Of a stretch of DNA of 64,000 nt, positions 27,944 through 37,552 are shown in pieces. The DNA comes from an uncultured Flavobacteriales bacterium (lineage in GTDB: Bacteria; Bacteroidota; Bacteroidia; Flavobacteriales; BACL11): assembly GCA_905479165.1 (NCBI GenBank), contig CAJQLK010000042.1:246-64245 (forward strand). Reading direction: 5' to 3'. The translations under genes were made by a program, and so were the position numbers. The notes beneath the pieces were generated by a model that was not told the DNA's origin, searched no databases, and saw nothing but the letters and a program-made list of their open reading frames with translations. Positions within the stretch are counted from its first letter, which is position 1. Every line of letters starts with the position of its first letter.

Positions 27944-30532
27944 TTATCCGCATTTACTGTAACCACAGCTAACGCACTTCAAACAACCTTCTTCATAAAC
28001 CAAACCTTCATCACCACATTCTCCACAAGTATGATCGCTCACAGTTGTTCCGTTAGCAATAAATGTTTTTAATGCTCTTACAACTCCACTTTTCCAAGTG
28101 TTGATGTTCTCATCATAAAGGTTCATTTTTCCAATTAAATCAACAACATAGTGTAATGGCATTCCATGTCTTAAAACTCCTGAAATTAATTTTGCATAGT
28201 TCCAGAATTCTTTATCAAAAGAGCGAGATAAACCTCCCATAGTTACTTTGTACCCTTCTTTATCTTCATATTGGAAGTCATATTGAGATGATCCATCTTC
28301 TCTTTTATTTTTGATAATCCAACCGTATTCCACAGCTGCAGGCATATTAAATACATCCTCTGTCTTTCCTGTAAAAATTTCATAAGGTCTTCCGTTTAAT
28401 AATCCAACAACTGCAATCCATTTTTCTTTATTATTTTGGAAACGCACTACTTTTGCATCTAATCTTTTTGGCCTTGCTGGCGCTTTAGTCTCTCTAAATT
28501 CAGAATTTTCTAAAACAGCATCTTTCTTTTCATCAGCAGAAACCAATACACCAGATCTTGATCCATCTCTATAAACTGTAATTCCTTTTGTTCCTTGCTT
28601 CCAAGATTCTAAGTAAATATTACTTACCTCATCAAGAGAAACATCATTAGGTAAATTTATTGTTGAGCTGATCGAATGTGTAACGTATTTCTGAACTGCT
28701 GCTTGCATTTCAACTCTTTTATTCCAATTAATTTCTGGAGCGGTACTTCCTGCATAAGGGCTTTTTGAAATGTCAGTTTCACCTGTTACTTCCATCCATG
28801 TTTTTAAGTTATGGTGGTAAACATTAAATTCTTGCCACTTATCTCCTGAGTCATCAATAAAGTCAACTTTTGCATCTCTATCTTGCTCATTTAATTTTCT
28901 TCTTCTTTTGTAGTGCGTCATAAATACTGGTTCAATTCCTGAAGAGGTTTGAGCTAGCATACTTAATGTTCCTGTTGGAGCAACAGTACTAATTGAGATA
29001 TTTCTTCTTCCAAACTTCATCATTCTCTCATAAACATCAGGAAGCTCTTTTTCTAGCATTTGAACAAATTCTGATGTTTTTTCAATTTTAGAATCAAATC
29101 CAACAAAACTCCCTCTTGAAAGTGACATATCTATTGAACTATCAAATTCAGCTCTACATTTTTCTTTCATCATTGATTCAACCATTGCTATAGCCTCATC
29201 AGAATCAATTGCCATCCCAAGTGCTGCAACCATATCAGCTAGGGCAGTAAAACCAAGCCCTGTTCTTCTTCCTTCTTTACCAGTTTTTAATAACAGCTCC
29301 CAAGTTTCCTTCTCTACCATTTTGATGTTCTCGGGTTCATCATCAGCATCAACTTTATTTAAGATTCTTTCAATTGCTTCAGTCTCTAAGTCAACTAAAT
29401 CATCCATTAATCTTTGTCCCTCATATGTAGCTTTGTAGAAATCTTCCATTCTGAATGAAGCATCTTTTGTAAATGGGTTATCAACAAAATTGTAAAGGTT
29501 TAAAGCAATTAATCTACAACTATCTCCTCCTTGCATTGCAATTTCAGAACAAGGGTTAGTTGATGTATTTTTATATCCAGGATAAACAGAAGAAGTTGAA
29601 TACCAATGTTGACGATCCCAGAAAATTAAGCCTGGTTCGGCAGTATTATGTGCACATTGAATAATAGTTTTCCAAAGCGCTTTTGCATTTACAGTTTTTG
29701 TAAATTTAGGATTGTCAGATTCAATTGGCCACTTATGAGTGTATTCAGCATTTGCCTCAACAGCATGCATAAATTCATCAGATAATCTGATAGAAATATT
29801 CGCGCCTGTAACTTTTTTCAAATCTTGTTTTATAGTAATAAAATCCTCAACATCAGGATGTGCAATATCCATAGAAAGCATAAGAGCTCCTCTTCTGCCG
29901 TTTTGAGCAACTTCTCTAGTAGTATGCGAGAATCTGTTCATAAATGAAACGGCTCCAGAAGTACTTCCTGCTGCATTAGAAACACTTGACCCTGCTGGCC
30001 TTAAATTTGAAATGTCAACTCCAACACCACATCTCCTTTTAAATAATTGTGCTAATTGTTGGTCAGTGTAAAATACACCACCATAAGAATCATGTAATTC
30101 AGGAACAACAATACAATTAGATAAAGAAGCTAATTTGTAATAATTACCAAGTGAGCTCATTACACTACCTTGCGGAATAATGTAGCCAAACTCTTTAAAT
30201 AAGCTGTAAACTTTTGCTTCTGTTAAATCTTCTCTTTCTTGCCCGTATTTTGATAAGAATTTTGCACTTCCATTTAGATTAAATTTTAATTTATAATCTG
30301 CTTCAATTCTCCCAAATTCCTTTGCCATTCTTTTGTGCATATCATCAGGATTCTTCTCTACAAATTCTCCATCATAATCCTTCATAGCATACTTATTCAT
30401 CCAAGTAGTCCCCGCTAATTCATCACCATTAAAATATGCAACTGCAGATTCTAATACTTCTTCATAAGTAAATGTTTTTTGTTTTTTAGCATTTGTCAAA
30501 ACTTCTTTTTGTTTTTTTGATATTGTTGTCAT
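27944..30532 (-). CDS. nrdJ: Adenosylcobalamin-dependent (class II) ribonucleoside-diphosphate/triphosphate reductase
   Basis: 862 aa. The N-terminus is typical of Bacteroidetes NrdJ (ELAGTTWMNKYAMKD). It has the active-site region NPCSEI and a C-terminal Cys-rich tail, CGECG..CLKCVSCGYSKCG. Confidence 0.88.
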   Translation of the reverse strand: MTTISKKQKEVLTNAKKQKTFTYEEVLESAVAYFNGDELAGTTWMNKYAMKDYDGEFVEKNPDDMHKRMAKEFGRIEADYKLKFNLNGSAKFLSKYGQEREDLTEAKVYSLFKEFGYIIPQGSVMSSLGNYYKLASLSNCIVVPELHDSYGGVFYTDQQLAQLFKRRCGVGVDISNLRPAGSSVSNAAGSTSGAVSFMNRFSHTTREVAQNGRRGALMLSMDIAHPDVEDFITIKQDLKKVTGANISIRLSDEFMHAVEANAEYTHKWPIESDNPKFTKTVNAKALWKTIIQCAHNTAEPGLIFWDRQHWYSTSSVYPGYKNTSTNPCSEIAMQGGDSCRLIALNLYNFVDNPFTKDASFRMEDFYKATYEGQRLMDDLVDLETEAIERILNKVDADDEPENIKMVEKETWELLLKTGKEGRRTGLGFTALADMVAALGMAIDSDEAIAMVESMMKEKCRAEFDSSIDMSLSRGSFVGFDSKIEKTSEFVQMLEKELPDVYERMMKFGRRNISISTVAPTGTLSMLAQTSSGIEPVFMTHYKRRRKLNEQDRDAKVDFIDDSGDKWQEFNVYHHNLKTWMEVTGETDISKSPYAGSTAPEINWNKRVEMQAAVQKYVTHSISSTINLPNDVSLDEVSNIYLESWKQGTKGITVYRDGSRSGVLVSADEKKDAVLENSEFRETKAPARPKRLDAKVVRFQNNKEKWIAVVGLLNGRPYEIFTGKTEDVFNMPAAVEYGWIIKNKREDGSSQYDFQYEDKEGYKVTMGGLSRSFDKEFWNYAKLISGVLRHGMPLHYVVDLIGKMNLYDENINTWKSGVVRALKTFIANGTTVSDHTCGECGDEGLVYEEGCLKCVSCGYSKCG

Positions 30533-30772
30533 TTGGCTTCCTCTTTTGAGCAGTTAATTATCCTTATTTTTTTTCGTTTACAAGTTTAGAAATAAAGTGA
30601 ACTGTACAACCACATTGAACTTGTGGTTCTCAACAGATTTTTCAACAAAAAGTTAATAAGTAACTTAAGTGATTGAGAACTAATTAAATGAATTTAAAAT
30701 CAATATTTTAATGAAATAGTTCTTTAGATGAAGCTTATTTTTTTGAAGAATAAAAAAAGAAACTTTTAACTT

Positions 30773-31462
30773 TTACACAAATACCTCATTTAAAATACTT
30801 TCAAATAATAGTCTTCCATCTTGGTTGTTTAATTCTCTATCAGCAGCTCTTTCAGGGTGAGGCATCATTCCAAAAACATTTCTGTCTTTATTACAAATTC
30901 CTGCAATATTCATTAATGATCCATTAGGGTTTGCTTCCTCAGTAATATTCCCGTCTATATCAGAATATTTGAATAAAATTTGATCATTTTCTACTAGTAA
31001 TTTTAAAGTTTCTTCATCAGCGAAATACCTTCCTTCTGCATGTGCAATAGGAATTTTAACTGCTTTTTCAGCATACTGATTAGTAACTAAAGTATTATTA
31101 TTTGTAGTCTTTAAATAAGTGTTTTTGCAGATAAATTTGTGAGAAGTATTGTGTAATAAGGCTCCAGGCAATAATCCACTTTCAGTAAGAATTTGAAATC
31201 CATTGCAAATCCCCATTACATAACCTCCAGAATTAGCAAAGCCAATCACCTCCTTCATAATTGGTGAAAATTTAGCAATTGCACCTGACCTTAAATAATC
31301 ACCATAAGAAAACCCTCCAGGTAAAATTATAAAGTCAACATTCTGCAAATCAGTATTTTTATGCCAAAGTTCAACAACTTCTTGCCCCATAATTTTTTCA
31401 ATAACATAAATTATGTCTTTGTCACAATTAGAGCCAGGAAAAACAACTACACCAAATTTCAT
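30773..31462 (-). CDS. purQ: Phosphoribosylformylglycinamidine synthase subunit PurQ (glutaminase)
   Basis: 229 aa. It has the class I GATase motifs GICNGFQ and MMPHPER. Confidence 0.9.
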   Translation of the reverse strand: MKFGVVVFPGSNCDKDIIYVIEKIMGQEVVELWHKNTDLQNVDFIILPGGFSYGDYLRSGAIAKFSPIMKEVIGFANSGGYVMGICNGFQILTESGLLPGALLHNTSHKFICKNTYLKTTNNNTLVTNQYAEKAVKIPIAHAEGRYFADEETLKLLVENDQILFKYSDIDGNITEEANPNGSLMNIAGICNKDRNVFGMMPHPERAADRELNNQDGRLLFESILNEVFV

Positions 31463-31488
31463 ATTCTTATTTTTTTAATGTTGCAAAT

Positions 31489-32427
31489 TTACACATTATA
31501 AGCAATCAAGTACTTATAATAGATAGAAGAAATCACTAACAGTACAAACAAAATGTTAGCAATTATTCTACTTTTAGAATACACAAAGTAATTTCCAATA
31601 ATTACAGCTAAAGGCGTAAGAGTAAAGTAAAAATAATCATTACCAGAATACAATGCAATAATAATGCTAATTACAAAATATGCAAAAATTGATAAGAATG
31701 ATTTTCTTGATTTAATACTCTTTTTATAAAGCCATCTGAAAAGCTCAATAATTGAAATGAAACCAATTAAAGATAATACGACTAGCCAAATATTTAATGG
31801 ACTAGGATTCCAAATTAATTTTGGATGTTTAATAAGTTCAAATTGAGTAAATTCAGGAATAACAAATGCCGAGTTGCTTAAAAATGCATATACAAAATAG
31901 AAAATATAAGGTATTGTCATAGCTAGTAAAACCACGAAAATTGTACGCCAATTATTGTTAGTGTAATTAATGCCACTTACTAAAAATAAAAGTGAAAAAT
32001 AAATAGTATTGGGGAATGGAACTGAAACAATGGAAAGTAATAATGCAGCATTAAAAAATTCTGAAAAAGGATAATCTTTTTGGTAGCTTTCTAAAATAAA
32101 GTTAAGGAAGAAAAGTAAAATAAACGAAGAGCCCCATTCATTTACACTATTGAAAAAACTACTTCCAATTAGAATAAAAACAAAGCCAATTACTAAATTA
32201 TCTTTTTTGATAATGTTCTTTTCGTAAATCAAATTGTTTAATCCTAAAGCTTGAAAAAAAGGAAGAGTTAAACCCAAAAAAAACACTAAATAAGAAGAAT
32301 TTTTATCAGTTATAAAAATAGCATTAAAATCATAATTTATCAGTGGAATAATATTGAAAACAACACAAAAAATCACAAAAAATAAAATTATTGTGGGTTT
32401 CGGATTTATAAGATGTTTTAAAAACAT
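31489..32427 (-). CDS. Hypothetical polytopic membrane protein (~8-9 TM)
   Basis: 312 aa and very hydrophobic, with no recognisable catalytic motif. Confidence 0.6.
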   Translation of the reverse strand: MFLKHLINPKPTIILFFVIFCVVFNIIPLINYDFNAIFITDKNSSYLVFFLGLTLPFFQALGLNNLIYEKNIIKKDNLVIGFVFILIGSSFFNSVNEWGSSFILLFFLNFILESYQKDYPFSEFFNAALLLSIVSVPFPNTIYFSLLFLVSGINYTNNNWRTIFVVLLAMTIPYIFYFVYAFLSNSAFVIPEFTQFELIKHPKLIWNPSPLNIWLVVLSLIGFISIIELFRWLYKKSIKSRKSFLSIFAYFVISIIIALYSGNDYFYFTLTPLAVIIGNYFVYSKSRIIANILFVLLVISSIYYKYLIAYNV

Positions 32428-32447
32428 TGCACTTGATAAAAATTATT

Positions 32448-32455
32448 TAAATTTG
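32448..32455 (+). promoter_or_regulatory. -7 promoter box TAAATTTG for the 58-aa small ORF
   Basis: Exact TAnnTTTG, 24 nt before the ATG at 32480. Confidence 0.4.
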
Positions 32456-32479
32456 CAGCTGTAAATTAAAACAAAAATT

Positions 32480-32656
32480 ATGAATAAGATTTGGTATGCA
32501 ATTGGAGATTCTTTTGATTACTTATTTGCTATGGCTGATGGGATTGGAAATACAATAAACTATATCTATATTGGAGTTATATTTGCTTTTCTTGTAGTAT
32601 GGGTGAGCAAAATGCTAAAGCATAGAAAAGATAATGAAGAGCACGCTCCTTTATAA
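32480..32656 (+). CDS. Small membrane protein (58 aa), below the ORF-track length cutoff
   Basis: It reads MNKIWYAIGDSFDYLFAMADGIGNTINYIYIGVIFAFLVVWVSKMLKHRKDNEEHAPL, with one clear TM helix and a charged tail. It has its own -7 box. Its stop overlaps the purD stop within the palindrome TTATAA. Confidence 0.5.
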   Translation: MNKIWYAIGDSFDYLFAMADGIGNTINYIYIGVIFAFLVVWVSKMLKHRKDNEEHAPL

Positions 32657-33922
32657 ATCGAACCCTATATCTTTACGATAATATTTTCCTTTAAAGGAAA
32701 TTTTCTCAGCACTTGCAAATGATTTTGTAAGGGCCTCTTCTATATTTTCTCCAAAAGAAGTTAAAGCAATTACTCTTCCTCCGCTAGTTCTTAATTGTTC
32801 GTTTTCATTTTTTGTTCCTGCATGAAATACGATACTTTCTTTAATATCTTCTATTCCACTTATTACTTTACTTTTTTCATAAGCTTGAGGATAACCTCTT
32901 GAAACTAGCATTACTGTTGTAGCGGCTTGTTCGTTAATATTTAAATCTTTTTCACTAAAAGTTCCATCATCAATTCCTTTTAAAAGATTTAAAAGATCTG
33001 ATTTAATTCTAGGTATCACGACTTCAGTTTCAGGGTCTCCCATTCTTACATTATATTCAATAACTTTTGGCTGACCTTTTACATTTATGAGTCCAATAAA
33101 GATAAATCCCTTGTATTCAATATTATCTTTCTTTAGCCCCTCTACTGTTGGTTTAATGATTTCTCTTTCTACTTTTTCAATGTAGAATCTATCAGCAAAT
33201 GGTACGGGAGAAATAGCCCCCATACCTCCAGTATTTAATCCAGTATTTCCCTCACCAATACGCTTATAATCTTTTGCTGAAGGGAGAATTTTATACGAAT
33301 TACCATCTGTTAAAATAAATACTGAAAGTTCAATCCCATCTAAGAATTCCTCAATAACTACTATTGATGATGCATTTCCAAATTTTGCATCTTTCACCAT
33401 AGCTTTTAACTCGTCTTTTGCTTCTTGCAAATCATTAAGGATTAGCACTCCTTTACCTGCCGCCAATCCGTCTGCCTTTAATACATATGGGGCTTCAAGG
33501 CGTTCCAAAAAAGTATACCCTTCTGCTAAATTATCTTTAGTAAAAGCTTGATATTTTGCCGTAGGGATATTATGTCTGAACATAAATTCTTTTGCAAACT
33601 GCTTACTTCCTTCTAACTGCGCTCCTTCTTTTGAAGGCCCGATTAAAGAGATATCTTTTAACTGCTTATCTTCGTTAAAGAAATTATAGATGCCATTTAC
33701 TAATGGATCTTCAGGTCCTACTAAAACTAGTTCAACATTTTCAGTAAGAACAAATTCCTTTATGCTTTCAAAATCATTTACGTCAATATTAATATTCGTC
33801 CCAACTTCAGCTGTACCTGCGTTTCCTGGAGCAATAAATAATTGATTACATGAACTGCTTTTTGCAATTTTCCATGCAAATGCATGTTCTCTTCCTCCAC
33901 TTCCTAGTATTAATACGTTCAT
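32651..33922 (-). CDS. purD: Phosphoribosylamine--glycine ligase
   Basis: 423 aa with an ATP-grasp fold. It starts MNVLILGSGGREHA and contains the region GAISP. Confidence 0.92.
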   Translation of the reverse strand: MNVLILGSGGREHAFAWKIAKSSSCNQLFIAPGNAGTAEVGTNINIDVNDFESIKEFVLTENVELVLVGPEDPLVNGIYNFFNEDKQLKDISLIGPSKEGAQLEGSKQFAKEFMFRHNIPTAKYQAFTKDNLAEGYTFLERLEAPYVLKADGLAAGKGVLILNDLQEAKDELKAMVKDAKFGNASSIVVIEEFLDGIELSVFILTDGNSYKILPSAKDYKRIGEGNTGLNTGGMGAISPVPFADRFYIEKVEREIIKPTVEGLKKDNIEYKGFIFIGLINVKGQPKVIEYNVRMGDPETEVVIPRIKSDLLNLLKGIDDGTFSEKDLNINEQAATTVMLVSRGYPQAYEKSKVISGIEDIKESIVFHAGTKNENEQLRTSGGRVIALTSFGENIEEALTKSFASAEKISFKGKYYRKDIGFDL

Positions 33923-33931
33923 TCTATAATT

Positions 33932-34681
33932 TTATTCACTTTCCATAGCTATTAGGATTTCCTCAGTCAATTCCATGTTATGAAATACTTGTTGGACATC
34001 ATCATTTTCTTCAAGTAGATCTAAAAGTTTTAATACTTTTTCTGCCTGTTCAGCAGTAATTGATTTAAAATTATTTGGGATTCTTTGTAATTCAGAATTC
34101 TTAATTTCAATACCAAGCTCTTCTAACTTTACTTGCATATTATTAAAGTCAGGAAAATTACAATATATTGTAACAGCCTCTTCATCTACTTCCAATTCTT
34201 CTAACCCACCATCAATCAGTTCCATTTCTAACTCTTCAATATCTATAGTGATATTCTCAGGATCAATAGTAAAAACTCCCTTCCTGTCAAAGATAAACTC
34301 TAATGAGCCATTTGTTCCCATTGTACCATCACATTTGCTGAAATACGAACGAACATCAGCAACAGTTCGATTGTTATTGTTAGATGCACAATCTACAAAA
34401 ACTGCAATGCCATGCATTGCATAACCTTCCAAACTCATTTCTTCATAGTTTGCAGTATCCTTATCACTTGCTTTTTTGATAGCACGCATTACATTATCCT
34501 TAGGCATATTTGCTGCCTTTGCATTTTGCATTACCTGCCTTAATCTAGAATTTGTATCTGGATCAGGGCCACCTTCTTTTACTGACATTACAATATCTTT
34601 TCCAATTCTTGTAAAAGTTTTAGCCATTTTCGACCACCTTTTCATCTTTCTAGCCTTTCTGAATTCAAATGCTCTTCCCAT
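33932..34681 (-). CDS. YebC/PmpR-family DNA-binding transcriptional regulator
   Basis: 249 aa, starting MGRAFEFRKARKMKRW, a diagnostic N-terminus. Confidence 0.88.
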   Translation of the reverse strand: MGRAFEFRKARKMKRWSKMAKTFTRIGKDIVMSVKEGGPDPDTNSRLRQVMQNAKAANMPKDNVMRAIKKASDKDTANYEEMSLEGYAMHGIAVFVDCASNNNNRTVADVRSYFSKCDGTMGTNGSLEFIFDRKGVFTIDPENITIDIEELEMELIDGGLEELEVDEEAVTIYCNFPDFNNMQVKLEELGIEIKNSELQRIPNNFKSITAEQAEKVLKLLDLLEENDDVQQVFHNMELTEEILIAMESE

Positions 34682-34691
34682 ATTTTATTTT

Positions 34692-36482
34692 TTAATCATC
34701 TAGCTTTAATACAGCCATAAATGCATTTTGTGGAATTTCAACATTACCAACCTGCCTCATTCTTTTCTTTCCTTTTTTCTGTTTTTCTAATAGTTTTCTT
34801 TTTCTTGAAATATCCCCTCCATAACATTTTGCAGTTACATCTTTCCTCAATGCCTTTACAGTTTCTCTAGATATAATCTTAGCTCCAATCGCTGATTGTA
34901 TAGCAATATCAAACTGCTGCCTTGGAATTAATTCTTTTAATTTAGAGCATAATTTTTTCCCTAAAGCATAAGAATTTGTTTTGTGTACTAATGCTGACAA
35001 TGCATCAACAGGATCTCCATTTAACAAAATATCAAGTTTAGCTAAAACTGATGTTCTGTACCCAATAGGATAATAATCAAAAGACGCATAGCCTTTAGAG
35101 ACAGATTTTAGTTTATCATAGAAATCAAATACAATTTCACCAAGTGGCATTTCAAAAGTAAGTTCAACTCTATCAGTAGTTAAATAAACTTGATTGGTTA
35201 ACTCTCCTCTTTTAGCAATACACAGTGTCATCACAGAGCCGATAAAATCAGCTTTTGTAATGATTTGCGCACGGATATATGGCTCTTCTACACTTTCCAA
35301 AATACTTGGATCTGGGTAATCCGTAGGGTTATGAATCTCTAATTTTTTACCTGCTCTTGTGTATGCAAAATAAGATACGTTTGGAACTGTTGTAATTACA
35401 GTCATGTTAAACTCTCGCTCTAACCTTTCCTGCACGATTTCCATGTGTAACATTCCTAAAAACCCACATCTAAACCCAAAACCAAGTGCTGCAGATGATT
35501 CTGGAGCATATGTTAAAGAGGCATCATTTAATTGCAGTTTTTCCATGGAGTTTCTAAGCTCTTCAAAATCTTCCGTATCAACCGGATAAATTCCTGCAAA
35601 AACCATTGGTTTTACTTCCTCAAACCCTTTTACTGCACCATTTGCTGGATTTTCAGCTGTAGTAATAGTATCACCTACTTTTACTTCTCTTGCGTCTTTT
35701 ATTCCTGATATGATGTAACCAACCTCACCAGCTTTTAATGATTTTTTTGGAAACTGTTTAAGTCGTAAAGCACCAATTTCATCAGCATGGTATTTCATAT
35801 CTGTAGCCATGAACTTTACCTCTTGCCCCTTTTTTATTTCCCCATTTATAATTTTAAAATATGCTTCTATACCTCTAAATGTATTGTAAACTGAGTCAAA
35901 AATCATAGCTTGCAAAGGGGCGTCAACATCACCCTCTGGATGAGGGACCCGCTCCACAATTGCAGTTAAAATATTTTCAATTCCAATACCTGTTTTTGCA
36001 CTTGCAGGAATAATATCTTCATCTGCACAGTCAATTAAATCAATAATTTGATCTTTTACCACTTCAGGCTCTGCAGAAGGTAAATCAATTTTATTGAGTA
36101 CAGGAATTATTTCTAAATCATGCTCCAAAGCCAAATATAAATTTGAAATTGTTTGCGCTTGAATCCCTTGTGCAGCATCAACAATTAAAAGCGCACCTTC
36201 ACAAGCCGCAATTGATCTTGATACTTCATAAGAGAAATCAACATGCCCAGGAGTGTCAATTAAATTAAGGATATACTCTTCACCTTTATGCGTATATTCC
36301 ATCTGTATTGCATGACTTTTAATGGTAATTCCTCTTTCTTTTTCAAGGTCCATATTATCTAAAAGTTGAGACTCAGCTTCTCTCTCAGTAACTGCCCCTG
36401 TGAATTCTAATAATCTATCAGCCAAAGTTGATTTACCATGGTCAATATGTGCGATAATGCAAAAATTTCTGATTTTTTTCAT
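34692..36482 (-). CDS. lepA: Translation elongation factor 4 (LepA)
   Basis: 596 aa. It has the GTPase motifs [14 protein letters not shown] and NKID, plus the LepA C-terminal domain. Confidence 0.95.
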   Translation of the reverse strand: MKKIRNFCIIAHIDHGKSTLADRLLEFTGAVTEREAESQLLDNMDLEKERGITIKSHAIQMEYTHKGEEYILNLIDTPGHVDFSYEVSRSIAACEGALLIVDAAQGIQAQTISNLYLALEHDLEIIPVLNKIDLPSAEPEVVKDQIIDLIDCADEDIIPASAKTGIGIENILTAIVERVPHPEGDVDAPLQAMIFDSVYNTFRGIEAYFKIINGEIKKGQEVKFMATDMKYHADEIGALRLKQFPKKSLKAGEVGYIISGIKDAREVKVGDTITTAENPANGAVKGFEEVKPMVFAGIYPVDTEDFEELRNSMEKLQLNDASLTYAPESSAALGFGFRCGFLGMLHMEIVQERLEREFNMTVITTVPNVSYFAYTRAGKKLEIHNPTDYPDPSILESVEEPYIRAQIITKADFIGSVMTLCIAKRGELTNQVYLTTDRVELTFEMPLGEIVFDFYDKLKSVSKGYASFDYYPIGYRTSVLAKLDILLNGDPVDALSALVHKTNSYALGKKLCSKLKELIPRQQFDIAIQSAIGAKIISRETVKALRKDVTAKCYGGDISRKRKLLEKQKKGKKRMRQVGNVEIPQNAFMAVLKLDD

Positions 36483-36544
36483 GAGATGCGAAAATACATT
36501 TTTTCACTTAAATATCACTATCTATGTTAATGCAGATATTTTAC

Positions 36545-36552
36545 TACATTTG
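36545..36552 (+). promoter_or_regulatory. -7 promoter box TACATTTG for the DUF2061 gene
   Basis: Exact TAnnTTTG, 22 nt before the ATG at 36575. This supports the shorter start. Confidence 0.4.
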
Positions 36553-36574
36553 TCATCCGAAAAGTATAAAAATA

Positions 36575-36823
36575 ATGAGTAAAGTTAGCATCAGTAGAAG
36601 AAGGCATTTTTTAAAAGCAATAAGTTGGAATTTGTTAGCAATGACAACAACATTTTTTTTGTTATCATACTTGCCACCTTATTTTGGTTTTGAACCTCTT
36701 GATAAGAGTCAAGTTGGTTGGTTAGTGATATTAGATAGAGTTGCAAAACTTATCATTTATTACTTTCATGAAAGAACTTGGTTTGCATCTAATTGGGGGA
36801 TTATTAAACCACCAAAAGATTAA
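36575..36823 (+). CDS. DUF2061-like small membrane protein
   Basis: It reads RRHFLKAISWNLLAMTTTF...YYFHERTW, which from memory matches the two-TM DUF2061 pattern. Confidence 0.55.
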   Translation: MSKVSISRRRHFLKAISWNLLAMTTTFFLLSYLPPYFGFEPLDKSQVGWLVILDRVAKLIIYYFHERTWFASNWGIIKPPKD

Positions 36824-37491
36824 ATTATCTCATCATCTTTCCTTAAGATGTAGTTGATTTTTATTTTATTTTCTTCACGAAATTTTTCTTCTAATTCTTC
36901 ATCAATTTCCCATTGGTATTTTTTGCGTTCAGGGCCTTCATTTTTATAAAAAATAGCTACTAAAATTCCTGCAACAAAACCTGCTAAATGTCCTTCCCAT
37001 GACACAGCTTCATTTGTTGGGAGTATCCCCCATATCATTGAGCCATATAAAAAGATAATTACGAATGATACTGCAGATAATCTTGGGTTTTCACGAATTA
37101 TCCCACTTACTAAAATAAAGGATGCAAGCGCATAAATTATTCCACTTGCGCCAATGTGGAATGATGGCCTTCCAATTATCCAAAGCCAAAAACCAGAAAT
37201 GAAAAATAGCCATAAAAATATTCTTGCTGCAATCTTTTTGTAGAATGTAAAAAGCATTCCTCCTAATATAAGTACAGGATAACTATTGTTTAATAAGTGA
37301 GTAAAATCTTTGTGGATAAATGGTGAGAAAAGAATGCCCTTAAGCCCGCTAAAAGTTTGAGGAGAAACGCCAAATTTTACAAATGAAAAGTTAAAATTTA
37401 CTTCAATGATTTTAACCAACCACATTGTAAGTAAAAATAAAAATGGCACAAATAAACTACTATAAAGATCTTTTTTATCTGATTTATTCAT
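36820..37491 (-). CDS. Rhomboid-family intramembrane serine protease
   Basis: It has the catalytic GASGIIYAL motif and a downstream His in a TM helix (WEGHLAGF), with 6 TM-like segments. Confidence 0.8.
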   Translation of the reverse strand: MNKSDKKDLYSSLFVPFLFLLTMWLVKIIEVNFNFSFVKFGVSPQTFSGLKGILFSPFIHKDFTHLLNNSYPVLILGGMLFTFYKKIAARIFLWLFFISGFWLWIIGRPSFHIGASGIIYALASFILVSGIIRENPRLSAVSFVIIFLYGSMIWGILPTNEAVSWEGHLAGFVAGILVAIFYKNEGPERKKYQWEIDEELEEKFREENKIKINYILRKDDEII

Positions 37492-37552
37492 CTGAAAATT
37501 TTGAAGAGTAAAAGTAAACAATTAATGCTTATAAATTGTATTTTTACAACAG

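Noticed and set aside
30533-30772. Cobalamin riboswitch or NrdR boxes upstream of nrdJ.
   Set aside because: No B12-box-like core (GCCACTG-type) appears on either strand. The AACCACA-N7-TGTGGTT palindrome has different length and spacing from the 16-bp NrdR box (acaCwAtATaTwGtgt), and only one copy is present where NrdR sites are usually tandem. It is kept only as an unexplained structured leader.
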